Below are positions 48,981 to 63,697 of a stretch of 64,000 nt of DNA, in pieces. Origin of the DNA: Tubulanus polymorphus (Eukaryota; Animalia; Nemertea). Where the stretch lies: contig NC_134025.1 in assembly GCF_964204645.1 (NCBI RefSeq), positions 31,600,299 through 31,664,298 on the forward strand. Direction: 5' to 3'. Position 1 is the first letter of the stretch. The number at the start of each line of letters is the position of its first letter. The notes beneath the pieces are model-generated. The model did not search any database, was not told the DNA's origin, and saw only the letters and a list, made by a program, of their open reading frames with translations. The translations under genes and the position numbers were made by a program.

Positions 48981-51206
48981 CCTATCAGTCTGTCCAATCT
49001 CACAGCCTCATCTCCTCTGAATTTCCCAGTTTAAACAGTCCACTAGTCTGCCATCCCAACACAGCCCTCATAAACAGGCTAATAGTTCCCTGTCTGAGAC
49101 CCTGATACCAGCTAGTTTACCGTGATCCTATAGTCCATTCCCGAATCTCCTGAAATTTAGACAAATCTCGAGAGGAATTAACACAAAAAACACACGGAAA
49201 AGTGATCAATCATTGCATCAAAGAATTTTAAATTGGAAAACTTATGTGTACAAATTGGGAGTGGACAGAATAGTGTAACTACACGATCTTTAGACCTAAA
49301 CCGGTAAACTAGTAATAGAAAGGGGGAGAGAGAGTATGTAAATATACACCGGGAGTAAGTAAGTCTCTCTATACTCTCGCGATTAAACGGTAATCAAGTC
49401 AGTCAAGTGTACCCCAATGTATAACTGACATCTATATGAATACCCAGCTTTACTTACTTGACAGATAGGTAGAAAGTATTGAGAGACAAATTGATCAAAA
49501 CCTCTCACAAGTGATACTAGACCTAAACCTCTCACTCCACTCTAGCTTTAGTTCGAGCCGACTGCTGCTGATCGACTGCCACCACATCAAACTCTCACCT
49601 GCTTAAATCATTTAGATATATGAAGATTTCATGAACTCTTTTGACGCGTGTTTTGAGATGCTTTTAATCGGTATAACTAATGTATGTAGTATGGCTGGTT
49701 TTGTAGGAGTAGGTTTGGACCAGCGCTGAATATAGGTTTTAAAACATTTCTTATTCAGCTTCAGTTATACATTCATTCGACATTTTCTACCGCTGTCACG
49801 TGACCAATTGTTTTATGTTACTTACCAGGTACCTTTATCAATAAAATGTATATACCTACCAGCGCCACCTACAATCTTACCTCCAGCGCCACCTACAATG
49901 CCATACTCGTATGAGAGGGGTTGAGATTCTGACCGCATGTCTAAAAAAAAAGCCTCCTCATCTCGGTAAACATAATGTCCTCTTGCAAAACGTTTAAACA
50001 CTCGGGGAAATAATTAATGACATTCGTCTCCTCCTTCCTCTCCTCCTCAGCAGTGCTCGTCCATATCCTCCTCACCACAACAAACAAACAACAGATGTAA
50101 ATAATTTATACCGATTTAGACTTTAATTTCATAAAATAGTTGAATATTTACAGATATAAAAAGTATCTCACACATTGATACACGCACACAACTGTGTATC
50201 AGATACAGTTTGTGTATCAAGAGAAACCGACCAGTTGTCAGTTCGGGAATATTATTATCATTATTATAACTCTTCAGAGATCAGATTTTCATTAACATTT
50301 TTTCTATCGTTTTTCGAAGTTTCCCAGCTACTTCCGGCAAATACAAATACAAATCAACGCTTTATATTGATAATCGTAATTATTTGACGCAGTCAAATAC
50401 ATAAATAGATAAGCCATTTCTAATTGGAAGATGTTTTCTTTTTAATTGCAAACTTCTATTTCAAATTGCGAAAGAATCTCTTTCTGATAAAAACACAATA
50501 TTTCTATTTACATGTGACTCTATTTCTCGTTTATACAACTTCATGTTCATTAATGTACACTATTTATCTATGATTGTATATTCAGATTGTATATATATGT
50601 ATATTAGTTATGTACAGAATTGAACTGTTTTAAGGGACATCACGTCTTCTCGTGATTTAATTTTACTCCCGAGTTTAACACAGAAATGACACGACATACA
50701 CATTACTCCGCGGCGACAGTATTTTATACTTCACATCGGAAGAACCTGCACACACACTCACCATACAACGTCTTATTATTATGCTTTGAAAATGACGCGA
50801 TCCTCACTAACCAGGGACGGTGTTAGTAGTAAAACACTTACTCTGGCTAGCGAGGACCACACAATGATATTGCTACTCCAATGCGAATTGAAAATTTACA
50901 AACAATACATTTCACAGAAGAACCGGACATTCAGCGATTACAACCCAAATTATCACCAGGACCCAGTTGCACAGTTGTAGGAGACTTAGGTCCAGAATTT
51001 ATCAAAAGACTCGTTTTACGTTGTTAGACTGGATTTAGAAAGAAAATAGTTTTAAACTGGTCTTTAATCTAAGTGCAACTGACCCCTGTAACTTTATAAA
51101 ACAACCTGTAGTTGTTTCAAGATTAGATTTTACGGATTTAATTCAATCTAAGATGTTTCGATGTTTATATGTATCTAGAAGGATTGATTATTTTCACCTC
51201 CTCTCA

Positions 51207-51248
<42 letters not shown>

Positions 51249-51415
51249 ACACTCACATATTATACTAACTATTCAACCTTCTTAACATTTCCTAACTGTG
51301 TGGTAACCATGGTAACGGAATTTGCATCTACCTAGGCGGCGGCGGCGACGACGGCAATATGGGGGCTAGATGTTGATGTGATATTGTGTGTAAGAGATTA
51401 AAAGAGTTGGAGAGA

Positions 51416-51475
<60 letters not shown>

Positions 51476-51611
51476 CAGGTTTCTCATCTCATCATTATAT
51501 CCATGTATACATGTATATATATAAATGTTGCAGCCATCAGGAGACATTTTTAGATCAAACACATAATTATTATAGATATCATTAATATATACTAATGAAT
51601 GGAAAACGCAG

Positions 51612-51780
51612 CTGAGTATTGAGGGGTCGGAGTGTTGAGGGGCAACTGAGTATTGAGGGGTCTGGGGGTGTTGAGGGGTCGGAGTGTTGAGGGGCAACTG
51701 AGTATTGAGGGGGGCGGAGTGTTGAGGGGCAACTGAGTATTGAGGGGTCTGGGGGTGTTGAGGGGCAGATGAGTACTGAG
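51612..51780. repeat. G-rich minisatellite (TGAGTATTGAGGGGTCGGAGTGTTGAGGGGCAAC)
   Basis: Tandem degenerate units with regular GGGG runs. Confidence 0.88.
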
Positions 51781-52615
51781 GAGATGAACTCCAGGCCTGG
51801 CAAGATTAATTCAATCCAAAATTTTGTTGTTGCTATAGAAAATTTCCAAACTACTATAATTTGGGATTGTTGCTGTCGCTATGATACGATATGTATTGTT
51901 GAAAAAATAATTCTTAACTCAATAAATAAGGTATCATAGCAACGGTAACAATCGGAAACCAGGGGTGAAATGGGAATTGTCAAAACTACATAAAAATTCT
52001 AATGACATCGGTTTTTCTACAACAACTGAAGTTCTTTACACCAAAGACTGAATCAATTCAATTCATTCGGTTTATTGAATATATAACAACTGGCGAGCGA
52101 AATAGTTCGTTTGGTACAAATCATCATCAGATAATTAACAGAGGTGAAAAATCAATAGATTCCTCTCTGATATCAGTACATCGCATCACAACCATTCATC
52201 AATGATTCTATTTTTAAGGTGGCTGTAGTTAGTTGTCATAGCTGGCAGATTATTCCAGTAGAATAGTTCGGGTGAGGAGAAGGGAGGGAGAGGGGGTCGG
52301 GTGAGGAGAAGGGACGGAGAGGGGGTCGGGTGAAAATATATTCACAAGTTTTGAAATGTGATTATTGAATTTCACTAGTTGTTCGGGGAGGTGTGGTTCA
52401 CTGCTGCTGCTGCTGCTGCTGCTATTTATTGTGATTTATATTTGAAAATATCGAGGATCAATTTTTGCAAACACGTTTCACTGTTACTCCGGTCACGTGG
52501 TACGGTTTATATTACACTCGTATCTATTTGGTTAAACTTCGAGTAAATTCCATTATTGAGAAATATATAAAAACGTAACAACGATCAATGAATAGTGAGT
52601 GAACAGCGCGACACC

Positions 52616-52776
52616 AGCATCTAAATCTTAGATCAAATTAAATCCTAGGTTTAATAGTTAGGCAGCACGAGCATCTAAATCTTAGATCAAATTAAATCCT
52701 AGGTTTAATAGTTAGGCAGCACGAGCATCTAAATCTTAGATCAAATTAAATCCTAGGTTTAATAGTTAGGCAGCAC
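52616..52776. repeat. 54-bp perfect tandem x3; a ~69-bp tandem duplication follows at ~52963-53092
   Basis: AGCATCTAAATCTTAGATCAAATTAAATCCTAGGTTTAATAGTTAGGCAGCACG at 52616, 52670 and 52724. Confidence 0.92.
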
Positions 52777-55156
52777 ACGTTGAAAGCTTGATTCCTAATA
52801 ATAAAATAAACATCCTATAATTAATTCTAATCCACGGAATAAACCGCTGTTGATGAACATAAAAATGCAAAATGTTTTTGAAAAGAAGTTTTAGTTGTTT
52901 CTGTTTACATTAATTGATTGTCTTTGACACAATTCGCCTCTACATAGAACATTTATACCCCCTTACTATCCCCCTGCCCCCTCCCCTTACACTACACCAC
53001 CCACCCACAATAAACACTTATTACTTACTACTATCCCCCTGCCCCCTCCCCTTACACTACACCACCCACCCACAATAAACACTTATTACTTACATCTCCA
53101 TACTATCTTATTTAAGCTTTGTTTGAGAATTGAATTTATCAATCTTAATACAACATGAATTGAAGATAGCTGAGGAGATGTAAAATCTAATCTTTGAATA
53201 GTCACGATCAAGACACGATTAAAACAATGATGACCCCGATAACTAATTTCAATAAATTCTGGAAGAATTTCAATTTACAAGTTATTTATACATATTTACA
53301 ACAATGTAATTGTTATTTACAACAATGTAATTTATAGCGCGTTGACATTCAGAGAATTTTACACAAAAAAACTATCACATATAATAAAATAGGCAACAAA
53401 TATATTCATACCCAGTTTAAATTATACTCTCGCTCTAAATCGAGAGTATCCCTGTTTATTCCGGATTGTTCCGAGTAGTATATACGGATTAACGTTAATC
53501 CCTGTTAAACCGGATTATCACAAATATTAATCCCACGATAAAATACACATTATTCGGTTTCTGTATAGATTATAAATCTAATGATTGATTGTACCTTAAA
53601 CTGTTGGGGGGGTATAAGGGGTGTTTTTTAGGGGGACCTGCTGGTTAACTCGTTGATTATTACGGATAGTGACGTAATTAACGCCTTACTAATCATACAT
53701 TGTTTTCTATTGTTGTAAGTGTGAAAATTTGATTGCTTAGTAACGACAGCTGTAAATAAAATGTATTGTTTATGATTGTATTTGATCAGTTATAAAAATA
53801 ACGGTCATTAACGGGGGTTAATTAGGAGGGAAAGTGTTAATTACTAATTCACTTATTGAGCAGGGTTTATTATGAGAAAATTAAGTCGAGTAAAAAGTGT
53901 CAAAATTCACAAATCGCTCTAAACTAAAATAGTTTAAAACTAGTTTCACGTTTATCTATTTGTTGTAAATAGTCCTGAATATTAGGATATATTGAATAAA
54001 CTCAAGGAAGTATTTCATTATTATTGTCGGATTCTATATTAAGACGATGGATATTTTTAGCGAAAGTCGAAAATATCGTGAATCGTGGATAATATTTCTA
54101 AAATAAGTTTCTATATTTCTGCAGTAATGATTCACACACACGCGACACGACGCGATGAATTGTGAGTGAGAGTGAATGAGCTGGACCCCGCTACTCTTGA
54201 TACGGACCCCGCTACTCTGTCGTATCCGATATTTTACGGATGGATTTCAGAGGAAACTCCGAAGAGAATCGCGGAATGACAAGAATTCCATAAGACGGAG
54301 ACAGAGACAGAGAGAGATAGCGAGCGAGGGAGAGATGTGTCAGTAACATGCAAATATGAGTGACTCATAGCAGGCAGCGCAATACATTCATTATTACAAT
54401 GACTAGTCCTGGAGTTCATCATCAGTATTTATCATAAATCCAGGGGTTTATCCTAGTTTTAAACCCGGTTTAACCCGAGTTAGTTTGTGCGCGTTTAGAA
54501 ATTAATACGACGTTTAAAGATGACTGTTAGAAAATACGGGTTTAAAACTAAGACCGGAAAATCAGAAAGAAATACATCAGAAATTTCTGATTAATCTTAA
54601 TTTTTAATTCGTTATTCATTTTTGCGGCTTCGAATCGAACAAAGAAAACATCAAACAATCGATTTTTAAGCGAAGATCTGATGTTTTAATGAGTTTTGAT
54701 AAAGTAAAGATTTAAATCTATTTGATGAAGTATTCAAATTGACACAGCGCCGCTCGGTTCAATCCCACTCACTCACTCACACACTCACACACTCACAACT
54801 GGTCTCACAGAGCAATTAATTCCTATGCACTACGAGGACTTCCTTTAGAATTACGAGTTCTCGAGTAGCTTTTCATTTTGTCAAATACATTTCGCTGTTT
54901 AACAAATAAACGTTGGTGAAAGGACGTTTGAGTGCGTGGTATAATTAATTGTTCAAGCCAGTAAAGAAAAGAGAGAGGGGAGAGAGAGGGGAGAGAGAGG
55001 GAGAGAGAGGGACATTCTCTGAAACTCAAGACTTTGCAAACTAAAGTTGAAGTCGTCTATTTCTATAGAACAATGATTTGTATTCTAAGATTATAACAAT
55101 AGTAACACGCTACAGGCTAAACCGTCTCTTCTCTCTTCCTCTCTTTCTCTTCTCTC

Positions 55157-55187
<31 letters not shown>

Positions 55188-55621
55188 GTCTCTCCACGTA
55201 TGTGGTGTATTAGCTAAACGATACATATAATAGTCTGACCAAAAATCGTTCATTGACGCGACTTCACACATTTAATATAAAAAGTTTGTAGTTTGTAAAA
55301 ATCATGACTGGCCTCAACCAGATATATCACTCTATCTCATTATTATATCATCATTTCACGATATATCACTCTCTTATATATCTCATCATTTCACACATGT
55401 TTTGATGATAATAAATACGACAATATCAATAATTCGCGTTGTAAAAGCCCCCTGGCGGCAGATTGAGGAAAACAATACCCTGTTTCCGGTAACCGATGGT
55501 TGACTTTGAGCAAGGTCCTGAGGTATTACAAATAATAAGTATCTTAAATAGTTTTTTGAGCATTAATTTTGTGTAATATGGCTCAACACTGCAGCGCCCT
55601 CTATACCGGAGGTACTGTTCT

Positions 55622-57313
55622 TCACACGTGACTTAAAGGTAATTGTTTACTCCCGTGATAACTGGGGTTGCTATACTTACTAATCCTAGATTGACTACCG
55701 GCAGTAGAAACAGATCGTCGGCACAGCCGGCCGTAGAACCGTCGCCACGAGTCTAAAGTCTTACCGCTCCAAATCCAAAATCCTGAAGTAATTCCTACGA
55801 CTAAACACATAAAGTATTTTAACATGAAAACTGAATAGTCAGGTCTGATCGGTTCGGCTGTCAGACACCGACAATTGTGACTCGTTTCCCAACTTTCACG
55901 AAAATGTTGTTCATAGAAGTAGCAGGCGATGACGATAGTCGCCGGTACCGTGTATAAAACCGAAAATACTCCTATTCGGATCATTAGTTTTTCCAGTTTA
56001 TCTGTTTTCTGTCCACCTTGTGCTTTAATAACGTTACGGATTCGGAATAAGGACACGAAACCGGCCAATAGGAACGATGTTCCGATGATTAGATACACGA
56101 ATAGCGGAGCCAAAACGAATCCGCGAAGATTATCGAGATTCTGATTCCCGACGAAACAGATTCCCGCGATCGGATCTCCGTCAACTGACGACATCGCTAG
56201 AACTGCTATACTCTTCACAGACGGTATCAACCAAGCCGCCAGATGAAAATATTGCGAATAGCTGGCGATAGCTTCCTGTCCCCATTTCAATCCAGCGGCC
56301 AGGAACCAGGTAAAACTCAATATCACCCACCAGATCGACGACGCCATTCCGAAAAAGTATATAAACAGAAAGACGACAGTACATACGGCAGGTCCAGTCG
56401 TATCGTATCTAATAAACTGACCGTCACAAGCTACAGCCTCGTGGCCCATAGCAAGTCTGATTATATACCCGAGACTAACCATAAAATAACACGCGCTCAG
56501 GAAGATTATAGGCCGTTCCGGATATTTAAATCTCTGCATGTCGATGAAAAATGTGCTAACGGTCATCGAGGTCGAGATACAACATAAAATCGACCATAAA
56601 CCGATCCAAAACGACGCGAATGTTTTCTCCTCGGGGCTGAAATACGTTCCTTGACAAGTTTTCACGCAGTTTTTGACTCCTCCGGTTGTGATACGGTTAT
56701 AATAGCCGCTAGTTTCATCCACGACTTCAACCATCGGATCGTTACAACGACAAGAACAACCTTTAACGGTAGATACTGATAGCGGGTCGTGAGTAACGGT
56801 CGGTGCAGGGTAGTATTTCGGTTTAGGCGCCGGTGTCGGACTCGACGTATTGAAATCCATACATAACTGGTCCTTATCCCCGTATAAAGGTAGATTTTCG
56901 CATCTCATACGTTCGGGCCAGGCGAATCCGTACTGTCGCATTAGCGGCGCGCATCCCGATTTGGCCCGCTCGCAAACTGACCGACAAACAGGTAAATTCT
57001 TGTGATAATTCGTCATACAAATTGGAGCGTACATACTGCACAGAAAAAACCGTAAATCCGGCGAACATTGAATCTCGACTAACGGCCAAAACTGATGAAC
57101 TTCCAGACCGGCCTCGTCTTGAGAATCGTGGTTAAATTGATTGGGCATGAATGTCATATTATACCCGATACCCCGACACATCGGGATCGTTATTTCTTGA
57201 CATTTACGGGGTTGATCCGAACCGGCACCGGCGAGTGAGGATCCCGTAAACATCAACACTAATAATACTAACACATCCATCGTGTTAACCCACATCTTCG
57301 CAGAGTTCGACAT
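55622..57313 (-). CDS. FZD5/8: Frizzled 5/8 Wnt receptor, single exon, 563 aa
   Basis: Signal peptide; [61 protein letters not shown]; 7TM with [33 protein letters not shown]; Dishevelled-binding KTLDSW; PDZ-binding end LSHV as in FZD5. Confidence 0.98.
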   Translation of the reverse strand: MSNSAKMWVNTMDVLVLLVLMFTGSSLAGAGSDQPRKCQEITIPMCRGIGYNMTFMPNQFNHDSQDEAGLEVHQFWPLVEIQCSPDLRFFLCSMYAPICMTNYHKNLPVCRSVCERAKSGCAPLMRQYGFAWPERMRCENLPLYGDKDQLCMDFNTSSPTPAPKPKYYPAPTVTHDPLSVSTVKGCSCRCNDPMVEVVDETSGYYNRITTGGVKNCVKTCQGTYFSPEEKTFASFWIGLWSILCCISTSMTVSTFFIDMQRFKYPERPIIFLSACYFMVSLGYIIRLAMGHEAVACDGQFIRYDTTGPAVCTVVFLFIYFFGMASSIWWVILSFTWFLAAGLKWGQEAIASYSQYFHLAAWLIPSVKSIAVLAMSSVDGDPIAGICFVGNQNLDNLRGFVLAPLFVYLIIGTSFLLAGFVSLFRIRNVIKAQGGQKTDKLEKLMIRIGVFSVLYTVPATIVIACYFYEQHFRESWETSHNCRCLTAEPIRPDYSVFMLKYFMCLVVGITSGFWIWSGKTLDSWRRFYGRLCRRSVSTAGSQSRISKYSNPSYHGSKQLPLSHV

Positions 57314-57589
57314 CGTTCCTTTAACTAATTCATTCGATTAATACTCACGATTTAATTTACTCGCGTAATAAAGTTTAGTCCACGCGTAAATATTCTGTTT
57401 ATAATGTATTAAATCCGTATGAAGTATAGTTTTCCATATCCATAATGTGTTTTAATACGCGGTGGAACGAGTTCTATAAAATCCTGTACACACTGTATAA
57501 TTGTCGGTGTTTGAATGGGACAAATTTCGGGGGTTGAATTCACTATCCCTAATCCGCCAAGCGAAAATGCCTAGAAGCGTCTCAAATTC

Positions 57590-57840
57590 AGCTGCTTGTA
57601 AAGAGCGCAGCTCACACCTTTGTGATGGAAGTGGGCATGTCAGAAATCGACGGCGCTGCGATTAGTCCAACATTGACAGCTGCCAATCACTAACGGCGCT
57701 TTCGTTGAAAGCGGTGGATTATGCGGTGACGTCACGGCTCGTCATAATCGTTGGGAGGCGCGAATGGATCGTATGGGAATCAGGAACCTGCAAATAGAGA
57801 CAATATCGCTGTAAGATTGTGCTGCAACTGACGTCAGAAT
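57590..57840 (-). promoter_or_regulatory. Probable Fz5/8 proximal promoter
   Basis: CpG-rich stretch ~300-520 bp upstream of the ATG, with CCTTTGTG (TCF-like), TGACAGCTGCCAATCA (TALE/E-box/CCAAT) and two perfect CREs (57727, 57829). Confidence 0.55.
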
Positions 57841-59259
57841 CTGGAACTAGAAAATATTACCGCAGTGCAAAATGTATTTACAAATCTGATTTATATAACT
57901 CAACAACATAGCCGCACGTCAGGGCCCCGAGAGAGAGAGCAGACTATAGGAACCCGCGAACAAAGACTAACCAAATAACAGCTCTAATGCCATTCAAAAA
58001 GATATTATCAATTTTCTGCATTTATTGTTTACCCAAGTTCAAGATTTATACGAATCACCCGTCAAATTTTATATTCTATTCAAGCATTGTAGCGGAGAAA
58101 ATTCTTTCAACTGGCGCACTCAGTTTTTATAGAGTTTGATAGAGTCTGATAGAGTAGGCGTACAACTTACTCTTCTGAATAAATACAATTAAATACATTT
58201 CATCCCTATAAATATCTTCGTGTTATAAAATCTATACATTTTAATAAATTCCGTAAATATAAAACAGATATTCTAAACAGTAAATAAGATAATACAATCA
58301 CCGAGCGACGAGCGTAAAATCCAACGCCGAGATAAGATAAGCAATTCGTAACTATGCGTTACATTTCTAGGGTTTGATAATCGGCGATAATCTGAGATTA
58401 TCAAATCGATAATCTTATATAAACTATATGGTTATTAGATTCGTTAAATTTAACCCCTATCTCAAACTGAAAGTGTCAGTATAAGGTTTGTACAATGATT
58501 TTTAATTGTTGGAATTAACGTGAAAACGTTCATTGTATTCAAACACGTCGTCGCTAAGGAATGAAATTAGTGATTGTTCTAATAAAACACGTGATTATAG
58601 CGTTAACAACAACAATGAATTAACTGATTGTTGACAAACTGTTAGAACTAATGACGTCATGATGTGTTTATTACGTGTTCAACACCGGTTCAAACTGTTA
58701 GAAATGTAACAAACTAAAATAAACTCCAGGCGTCAATAGGAAATTTACTAAAACATTGCAACAATTTAAAAATATCGTCTATCGGTGAAACATCTAAACA
58801 TTTAGAGTCAAACAAACTTTAGGTATAAAATTACTCAAATATCGTGCCATCTCTTGTTTTTACCATTTCGATGACAGTTTCAATCGTTCTAATGTTTCAC
58901 ACTTTCAACGTATTTCAACGTAAATGGATTTTACATTAAATAATACTATATCAAAATGTTCATGTAAAAATTCAAGTAAAAAGAAGATATTTTTAAGCTC
59001 ATTATAAAAGAACCCCAAAAACTGCAGCCGTAAATGATGAATTCACTCCCATTTCTGATGAAATTATTCAGTGAACCTTCGTAATTTAACACAAAATCTA
59101 GTTATAAACTGTAACTATTTTTCTTAACATTCACTGAATTTGTTGTGTTAAAAATACGAACGATTTAATTTTCATCGAATTCATGATTTTTTTTTTGCCG
59201 CTACGAAATTTACACTAAATCAAAACAATCACAATTGAAAATGTTGTGCGTACTAACAA

Positions 59260-59348
59260 GCTCAGCTCGGCTCGGCTCGACTCAGCTCGACTCGGCTCGG
59301 CTCGGCTCGGCTCAGCTCGGCTCAGCTCGGCTCGGCTCGGCTCGGCTC
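59260..59348. repeat. (GCTCG/GCTCA)n pentanucleotide repeat
   Basis: Direct inspection. Confidence 0.93.
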
Positions 59349-60854
59349 ACCTCTTTCGCTTTAGTTGGAAAATTTGTCCAGGAAAAATCCTACAAAATAT
59401 CCCACACTAACCTGTATCGACAATGAGAAAGAATCGCTTCGGGCGAGATTGTGTTTATTAAACTGGACAAATAGGGTTTTATGGAGAGCACCTCGGAGGG
59501 ATTGGAATCTTGGGTCCCACCTATGGTTTTAACTATTCGCATTTTCGAATAACTTTTCAACACCGGCTGTCAGTGAACAATAGCCGAAATGACTGACATA
59601 TTAACGTCGTTTTATTTTTTCTTAATCACCCATGCATTTCATGTCCCCTGTCGTAGCCACAATATGTAGGATCTTTACAAGGAAGCTTATAGTGAATAGG
59701 ACTATTGTTGATGACACTCGGTCTAAAGAACTACTACCCAGTCATTACAGTAAAAAGGTGTCAAATACGACAAGAAAAACTCGAATAAGGTCACACAACG
59801 ACTAATACATGACAACTCGCTTTTAAAGTTTTCTATCAATTTGTCTCGTTACAATTGAGATATTGAAGTCCAACCCAGGAAATTAGAATCACCGAAACTG
59901 GCTCTAAACCTATCTGTGAGAAAACTGAGGGGGTGGATGGTGCTGACACCTATTGTCCAATGCGCTGTGGGATTTAGATAAACTTTGGTTTAATTACTTA
60001 TGTCCAGTGTCCAAATAGACTCGTCTAGCCGAATTGTATCCAGTCTAGAGATGCCCGTTGCCAGTCTTGAGATGAAAAGTATCAGGACTAGAGATGACCA
60101 GTCTCGTGGAATAGATGACCAGGGCTCAGTCTAGAGATGACCAGTCTCGCGGACTAGATGACCAGTAACCAGTCTATGGATGACCAGTGTCCACTATCGG
60201 GCCTAGATATCCAGGTGACAGATGATTGACCAGTCAGTGGGATGTAAATATATCTAAGCAGGAAGTTTATATAGAAAGAGGAGGATGTGCTATAGTAATA
60301 ACAAGGGTACTTCATATCTATATGTGACCAGTTGAAAGAGTTGACTGAGTTGAGAGGAGTCGAGAGGGATATGTCAGCTCCACTAATACCACACACATAC
60401 ACACACTGTGAGTTATAATAATACCCGAGCCGTCTCTCACAATTCCGAGAAATTCTCCACCGCCAATGGAAAAAAATCCTATCCAAATAAAAGTCTGAGT
60501 GTTTACACAAGGTCGAAACAGTAAAGACAGTCATTGTTTTCCTTGTAGAAGTTAAGAATGGAAACATCGCTACTTAAAATTTCAGTAATTTCGACACGCT
60601 GGCAGTTAACCTTTGCCCGGTATTCGGCGGAAATACCGGTTACCAGTCTAGTTCCGGGTACTAGTCTAAATACAGCATCCTATGCGCCTGATATGTAAGA
60701 GGTCCACGTCACCGGAGACTCGTATATGATACGATTATTGATATTCCATCAAAACTTATCAAATTGTTAAGAATAAAATCAGGTAACTTGAAACGGTTTT
60801 ATTAGTATGTGAATATCATCACGATGACCTCATCGCCCTCTCTGCTACCCGTGG

Positions 60855-60985
60855 CCCTCCCTGCCTCCCGTGGCCCTCCCTGCCTCCCGCGACCTCCCTG
60901 CCTCCCGCGACCTCCCTGCTTCCCACGACCTCCCTGCCTCCCGCGACCTCCCTGCCTCCCGCGACCTCCCTGCCTCCCTCCTGCC
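60855..60985. repeat. 18-bp minisatellite CCTCCCTGCCTCCCGCGA
   Basis: ~7 tandem units. Confidence 0.9.
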
Positions 60986-63414
60986 TTGCAGCGTTATAAT
61001 ACAGCACACATCAAACTGCATCAATCTCTAAACCTTATATGATTTATTTGATAAGTAGAAATCAGCTTACCCCATCCCCCTTACTCAATCCCCCCTCACC
61101 CCTCGAGGCTACTGCTGTATCACTCTACAGCCTTCAATATCTATATCGATTGATCCCCCTCCCCACACCCCCTCACAACAGATCAACCTCTCATTTCAAA
61201 TAATTCCGTCCGCTCAGAGACACAGCTATAAATATGAGAGTATCAGATATTTAACTCGTCTGAATTGTTAGATTTAATCCTAGTTGTTTAAATCCCTCTG
61301 ATTTACCGGAATATAATCAGAGATTTCATATTCTCATTCGGGGAATAAAAATAAAGTAATATTTGATTTCTGTCGTTTAAAAAAAACGTCATTTGTTACC
61401 GATACAAAGAATACATTATTCATAGTCTGTTCCAAACCCCGAGGTGCTGAGCTTACTGCGGCACGTGAGTGAAATGACCCGTACACAAATTCGTAAAACA
61501 TACAAACACGTCACGTGATCGCTAATCGATTTAAACAGACAACAAAAAACTGTGCAGCAATCACTCGTGCGTGAGGTCACGTGACCTACTCGCATTGTGA
61601 CGTCATCGCGATGATGCCCACAGGTTCAGGGGGTATACACATCTAACCCTGACCCTCAAAGCTATCGGTTTACATCCCTTGCTAGTTTTGGATACTGAAA
61701 CCAAGGAAGCAAAAATGACCAAACTGCAGATTGATTGAATCTGTCTCTCTTTAACGTGTTTGATACTGAAGCGAGCTCTAACCCTACTGTCGCTGCTTAT
61801 ACTACAACTTAGCGCCCCCTGGTTAAAATAAATTAGAAATATATCTATAGGTTAACTATATAATAATGTGAATCAACACAAATAGAATATAATTAATTTA
61901 TCATTGAGTTGAATCTAACATAGATTGTTTGACCGCTTTTTGGGCAGTGAACGACCTTGACCTTTCATTGTAAAATAGCGAATCGCTATTAAGAGATTTG
62001 TTTGTAAAAAAGGTTGAAGTTAAATCGTCTGCTATCGGATTATATTCGCATCGTCGCCTCTGTATCAATCTCTCTCTCCGTCTCATTATGTGTTGATAAA
62101 ACTGAGGAAAAAACGATGCACAAATGTTTATCAAATATTCCGTCACTATAGAAACAAACCGGGACTAAAACATCGCCGAAATATTCTCTAATCTTCAATC
62201 GCTTTGTTTGTACGGATTTAAATTCGATCTGCAGAAAGTTGAAAGAGTGAATTCTTAAGTTTGTGAAACTGTATTTTAAGTTTGTTTCGCCTGATATTGA
62301 ATTGTGTCTGGAGATTGTAAAGAGTCAGGGTTGTTACAATGGATACGCGTAGTTCCACAGTAGATGAGATGGGAGGAGGTTATTTGAAGGGGCCTCGGGG
62401 CCTCGCATTAATCCTCTATGACCGCTCGATTCATCTCAACACGGCAGCATATAACCCGATATTACTGAACGCCAGTGACCTTCACCTTGCACCACGATGA
62501 CGTCACGACACCGAAAGGTATAGCTGCTTAGAGATGAATCTGAGACCCGATTAGAAAGACGCTTTTGAAGACGCTGTAATTCAAGGACGGAAGGAACGGA
62601 CACAACACGGTTAAGTCAGAGAATGGCGAGTTTAGTAGTGTTTGATATGAGATATGATGAGAGAGGCGTTAGGGGCGTTTGGGGCGTTAGGGGCGTTAGG
62701 GGTTTAACGGCATTGGAAAAAATAATCCAGTTCAGAAAGATAAGCTACTCTTCGTACATCAGCGGACTGTCCAACTCTCTCTCACTGTATAGATGGCTGG
62801 TCCTCTCTCACTCTGCCTCTGGTCCGATTCTTTCTCTCTCTTCCCCTCTGTACACGTCACTCTCAGGAGACAGTGTACATATTGTAGTCCTTTGGTCCAG
62901 TGTTGTCGTGTTGAGTCAGTGAGATGTTGTACTAATACCGTTACCTGAGGGCTTCAAATCTCAAACATCTATCACCAGATGTTTAATATGCATCTTGATT
63001 CGAACCTTTGAACTTTTGATATAACATTCTCTAAACTCCAATCACAAAGAAAATACAGCAGTCGAATATCGCATATCTTAGTGTCTTATATCTCATGCAT
63101 GTAAGAAGTTTTAGGGGCGAATTTCACGCTATATTTCTATAACCAGATGGTCAAGTGTTAATGGTCAAAACAAACTCTCCAGTCCAATGAATTAGTCAAT
63201 ATTGCGCTGTGTATTAATTGAGTATTTCACTTGTTATGATATAAACGCGAGCGAGGTCGAGCGGGGCTGAGCGGGCCGGGTGTTATTTATATAGACCGAA
63301 CTGGTTTCAATACCAGGTGGCCTCCCTACTGAGTATACACAACATTCCGCTCTCTCTCTCTTCTTATACTGTTCTAATTAAAATCACTCCCGCTAACTCT
63401 AGTCTCTGTTCCAT

Positions 63415-63697
63415 CTCCATCTCGATCCTTTCTCTCTCCCTCAACTCTCTCCTAGTCCACCTCCTCTATCTCAACCTTCTCTCCTCTCTCCTTTCTCCTC
63501 TCCCCTCTCTCTTTCTCCTCTCCTTCCATCTCTCCTCTCTCTTTCTCTCCCCTCCTCTCTCTCTCCCCTCCTCTCTCTCTCCCCTCCTCTCTCTCCTCTC
63601 TCTCTTCATCTCCCTCCTCTCTCCCCTCCTCTCTCTCTCCCCTCCTCTCTCTCTCCTCTCTCTCTTCATCTCCCTCCTCTCTCCTCTTCTCTCTTCA
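63415..63697. repeat. CT-rich simple repeat
   Basis: Degenerate (CT)n; source of the ORFs at 63317 and 63466. Confidence 0.93.

Noticed and set aside
36400-55600. Hidden protein-coding gene or known miRNA in the Fz5/8 downstream desert
   Set aside because: No ORF with recognisable protein features, no chain of phase-compatible exons, and no conserved mature miRNA recognised by eye. Short exons or lncRNAs cannot be excluded.
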